Origin: an uncultured archaeon
Lineage (GTDB): Archaea > Nanobdellota > Nanobdellia > Pacearchaeales > GW2011-AR1
NCBI GenBank assembly: GCA_903873955.1
Contig: CAIQQL010000116.1
Span: forward strand, 1 to 44,490
Direction: 5' to 3'
Length of the DNA stretch: 44,490 bases
Part shown: one piece after another, positions 42,080 through 44,490 of the stretch
How the letters are laid out: each line of letters begins with the position of its first letter
Numbering within the stretch: the stretch's first letter is position 1
Notes under the pieces: generated by a model
What the model was told of the DNA's origin: nothing
The model's input: the letters and a program-made list of their open reading frames with translations, nothing else
Database searches by the model: none
Position numbers and translations under genes: made by a program

Positions 42080-43096
42080 TTAACGAGAGGTAAATGTCCT
42101 TCCACTGCCCACTATAATGATCTGAGGTCTAGAATCTTTTATATCGGCTCCACCAATATAATTTGATGAGATCATGCCAATGGGATTATCCTTTGTGGAT
42201 TCAATAAAACAGTATCCGCTGCCATAATTACTCACATTCAAAGGACATTGTATACCCACCGCCATATGGTTTTCTGACTTGAAGTTGAATAATACAACAC
42301 CATATCCTAACCGTGATAACAACTTTGCAAGCAAAAGTGATTTTTCTGTACAGGTTCCGCTCCCTAACCAAAGAGTCTCGTAGGGATATTGCACTTTCTT
42401 ATTGCTGCCTAAACAAGTCGAATAACTTCCAGACCCGTCGGCAATGCATCCTGCCCCTGTATAGTCATAGGGCATATTCTGAACAAAATGGACGAGTGCC
42501 TCGGCGACAACATCACCCGTCTCAGCATGCACTATCTTTTTTGTTTGCGCAATAATATCGTCCATGGCCAAAATATCTTGAGTGTCTGTCGTAAACATGT
42601 TCCAATAAGCATTTTCCCAACCTAGGGGAGGAGAATCTCCCTGATAGGAGTACGTCCTGGAAGCAGAAGTAAAATGCTGATAAACTCTTTGAGAGAGCCA
42701 GAGATTATATTTCCCATGAAAAATACCATCATCATAAAGATAGGTTATCGCAGTCACATCGGCGGATTGCGAGAGGGCTGGAGCAGAAGAGTTTACCGAG
42801 TTATCAGTGAGAGTTATGTCATATACTGATTTATAGGTTTGAGGAAGATCATCATACTCTCTTTTTGTCAGATTGATCAATATTTTATTGTTTTCAATAG
42901 GCTCGGGAGATATCAATAAGACCCTTGTGTCATTCTGATCGTTTGTCTTGACGGTTGAACCATTTAATCTGGCAACGCAAACGCCGATAAGGATAACAAT
43001 GAGCAATAAGAGAATCATGATAAACACGGAAATAGCCAACAGAGGATTATACACCCTACCAGGAGCTGGGTGCTGAATGTCAGAAGGAGGTCTCAT
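42080..43096 (-). CDS. Membrane-anchored protein with a transglutaminase-like cysteine-protease core
   Basis: One TM helix, 'LLAISVFIMILLLLIVILIGVCV'. 'GSGTCTEKSLLLAKLLSRLGYGVVL...ENHMAVGI...CFIEST' fits the Cys/His/acid spacing of transglutaminase-like domains. The track start at 43156 is TTG. The ATG at 43096 is used here. Confidence 0.5.
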   Translation of the reverse strand: MRPPSDIQHPAPGRVYNPLLAISVFIMILLLLIVILIGVCVARLNGSTVKTNDQNDTRVLLISPEPIENNKILINLTKREYDDLPQTYKSVYDITLTDNSVNSSAPALSQSADVTAITYLYDDGIFHGKYNLWLSQRVYQHFTSASRTYSYQGDSPPLGWENAYWNMFTTDTQDILAMDDIIAQTKKIVHAETGDVVAEALVHFVQNMPYDYTGAGCIADGSGSYSTCLGSNKKVQYPYETLWLGSGTCTEKSLLLAKLLSRLGYGVVLFNFKSENHMAVGIQCPLNVSNYGSGYCFIESTKDNPIGMISSNYIGGADIKDSRPQIIIVGSGRTFTSR

Positions 43097-43318
43097 GGTT
43101 TCCCTGAGAAAAAGGAATGTAAGAAACTCCAACAGACCACTCGGGCTCAAAAACAATTTCTCTAAACTTTTTGAGGGAAAAAGGTCCTTTTCTCATATCT
43201 AAGACGAGAGGCGGATATTTAAATATCTTTCTTATGTTTTAACTTTTTAGTGACATTAATACACCAAAACCATTTCCAAAACAGCTAGTTATTTATATGA
43301 GCGAAGCTATTTATTATA

Positions 43319-43672
43319 ATGAGAAAGGGAGTAATCAAAGCACTTTCGCTTAGTGCGATCCTTTTAGGATGCGAAGGGTGCATGACGATTGATTTTCATC
43401 CCAAGAATGATAAATATATCCCTGCTACGGAAGCCCCCGACTCAACTGATGCGAAAAATCTATTCCAGGGTATAGGGTATGCTTTTGAAGACATGACTGA
43501 TGAGATCACAGGCCAGGGATATGAAGACAGAAACAATATAGTTGGTCCCTATGACCCTGTAAGAACCAAAAAACCCATAGACCATAGAATATTATTCATC
43601 AAATACCGCTATCCCTGGCAAGAAGATGCGTTCAAGGTCATAGGTTCAAAAAAAGATTCTGACGAAAGATAG
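43319..43672 (+). CDS. Small putative lipoprotein (117 aa)
   Basis: N-terminal 'LSLSAILLGCEGC' is a lipobox-like signal. I recognise no family. Confidence 0.4.
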   Translation: MRKGVIKALSLSAILLGCEGCMTIDFHPKNDKYIPATEAPDSTDAKNLFQGIGYAFEDMTDEITGQGYEDRNNIVGPYDPVRTKKPIDHRILFIKYRYPWQEDAFKVIGSKKDSDER

Positions 43673-43676
43673 AAAT

Positions 43677-44180
43677 TTATTCGTGAGAAAATTGATCAAC
43701 CCGCAGATAGTCAAAGCGAACCAATTCTTCTTGGTTATACTTCACTAAAACCTGAAAGACCCCTGGCTGAGTCAATAATTCGAGTATTTTTCTGTCTCCA
43801 GGATATATCCTTTTATTTGGAAGCTCTGCATCAGGGACCCATAACGGCTTTGCTTTTGGATGCTCTTTACGAAGCTTCCCAGTAAATTCATTAGCCTCAT
43901 AAACCTCAACACACCAATCATCAACAAGCGCTTTTTGTCCTTCAAATTTCCTACCCTCATTATAAAATGTTGCAATCACCTTAAGTCGGGGCTTCACCAA
44001 GGTCAAACCCGTCTCTTCCCTGAATTCACGCAGGATAGAGTCTATGCCTCTTTCGCCTCTTTCAGTGCGACCCCCTGGAGGAACATAGAATCCATTATGG
44101 ATATCTTCTTCACCACGATGCCTATACAAAAGAAGAGTTCGATTAGCCTTCCGCAAGAAACACATTGTAGCGTTTATCAT
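43677..44180 (-). CDS. NUDIX hydrolase (MutT-like)
   Basis: Nudix box 'GGRTERGERGIDSILREFREETGL'. Confidence 0.8.
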   Translation of the reverse strand: MINATMCFLRKANRTLLLYRHRGEEDIHNGFYVPPGGRTERGERGIDSILREFREETGLTLVKPRLKVIATFYNEGRKFEGQKALVDDWCVEVYEANEFTGKLRKEHPKAKPLWVPDAELPNKRIYPGDRKILELLTQPGVFQVLVKYNQEELVRFDYLRVDQFSHE

Positions 44181-44325
44181 AGTGTCATCTATTAGTATCG
44201 ATTTGGCTAAATAAAGATTATGTCATTGGAACATATTCTTGAGATAGCGCTCCACATATGAAAAAGAAAACAGACATGCCAGTTAGTGCATATATGTTTT
44301 TATAATAAACAGAGTTAATACTTCT

Positions 44326-44490
44326 ATGGGAAGTACTCCAACATTAGAAGTCTTTTTGCATGAAGTATATCCTAGACTTGCCCAGGCTTGGGATGGTCAA
44401 CCCTATGTCTATATGAGTTATGATACCCCTGGCGGTGGGGGAGGAACTTTGGATGTTGGAAGGCTTACCGACAATCTTGAAGTTATTGCC
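44326..44490 (+). CDS. Possible 5' end of a gene running off the window
   Basis: The ATG at 44326 opens a frame that has no stop up to the window edge (55 codons). There is no other support. Confidence 0.2.
   Translation, partial: MGSTPTLEVFLHEVYPRLAQAWDGQPYVYMSYDTPGGGGGTLDVGRLTDNLEVIA

Noticed and set aside
43097-43156. The TTG start at 43156 for the transglutaminase-like protein, and the short upstream ATG ORF at 43196.
   Set aside because: The ATG at 43196 is in another frame and terminates after ~38 codons. The TTG extension adds a hydrophobic segment of unclear value. The ATG at 43096 just precedes the TM helix. The start remains uncertain.

Overview
This looks like an archaeal chromosomal segment. 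The evidence is an archaeal RNA polymerase subunit N, an archaeal-type DnaG, a two-subunit ADP-forming acetyl-CoA synthetase, and 'TTTAAATA'-type TATA boxes 20-45 nt upstream of many start codons. The many orphan surface proteins suggest an uncultivated, possibly DPANN-like lineage, but that is inference only. I call about 40 protein genes and recognise no rRNA, tRNA, CRISPR array, transposase or integrase. The housekeeping blocks are: rpoN, a MacB-type ABC exporter (ATPase plus two FtsX permeases), a NUDIX hydrolase, guaB, a cluster of secreted or anchored surface proteins, divergent ACD beta/alpha subunits, and dnaG. Further on are another surface protein, a HAD nucleotidase-like gene, an SMC-like ATPase, rnhB, an M16 peptidase, ogt, an alpha/beta hydrolase, a J-protein-grpE-dnaK-dnaJ locus, a transglutaminase-like membrane protein and a second NUDIX hydrolase. 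The outlier is roughly 15.0-29.0 kb. It starts with (a) a promoter-driven, ORF-poor region carrying an array of hairpins with compensatory stem changes. It continues with (b) a plus-strand operon of an AAG/MPG-fold glycosylase-like protein that appears to lack the catalytic Glu, an SNF2 ATPase fused to a SAM-methyltransferase, and a protein with three HTH-like modules. Facing it is (c) a minus-strand operon with an RHH regulator and four tandem, translationally coupled paralogues, each a methyltransferase-like N-domain plus the same C-terminal HTH-like module ending in 'KAHxTMGTY'. Between the two operons sit an orphan protein and an endonuclease IV-type gene. I could not match this arrangement to any R-M, BREX, DISARM, Dnd or Dpd layout I know, so it is my main candidate for an undescribed DNA-modification or defence-type system. 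All homology statements come from reading motifs by eye. No database search was run.
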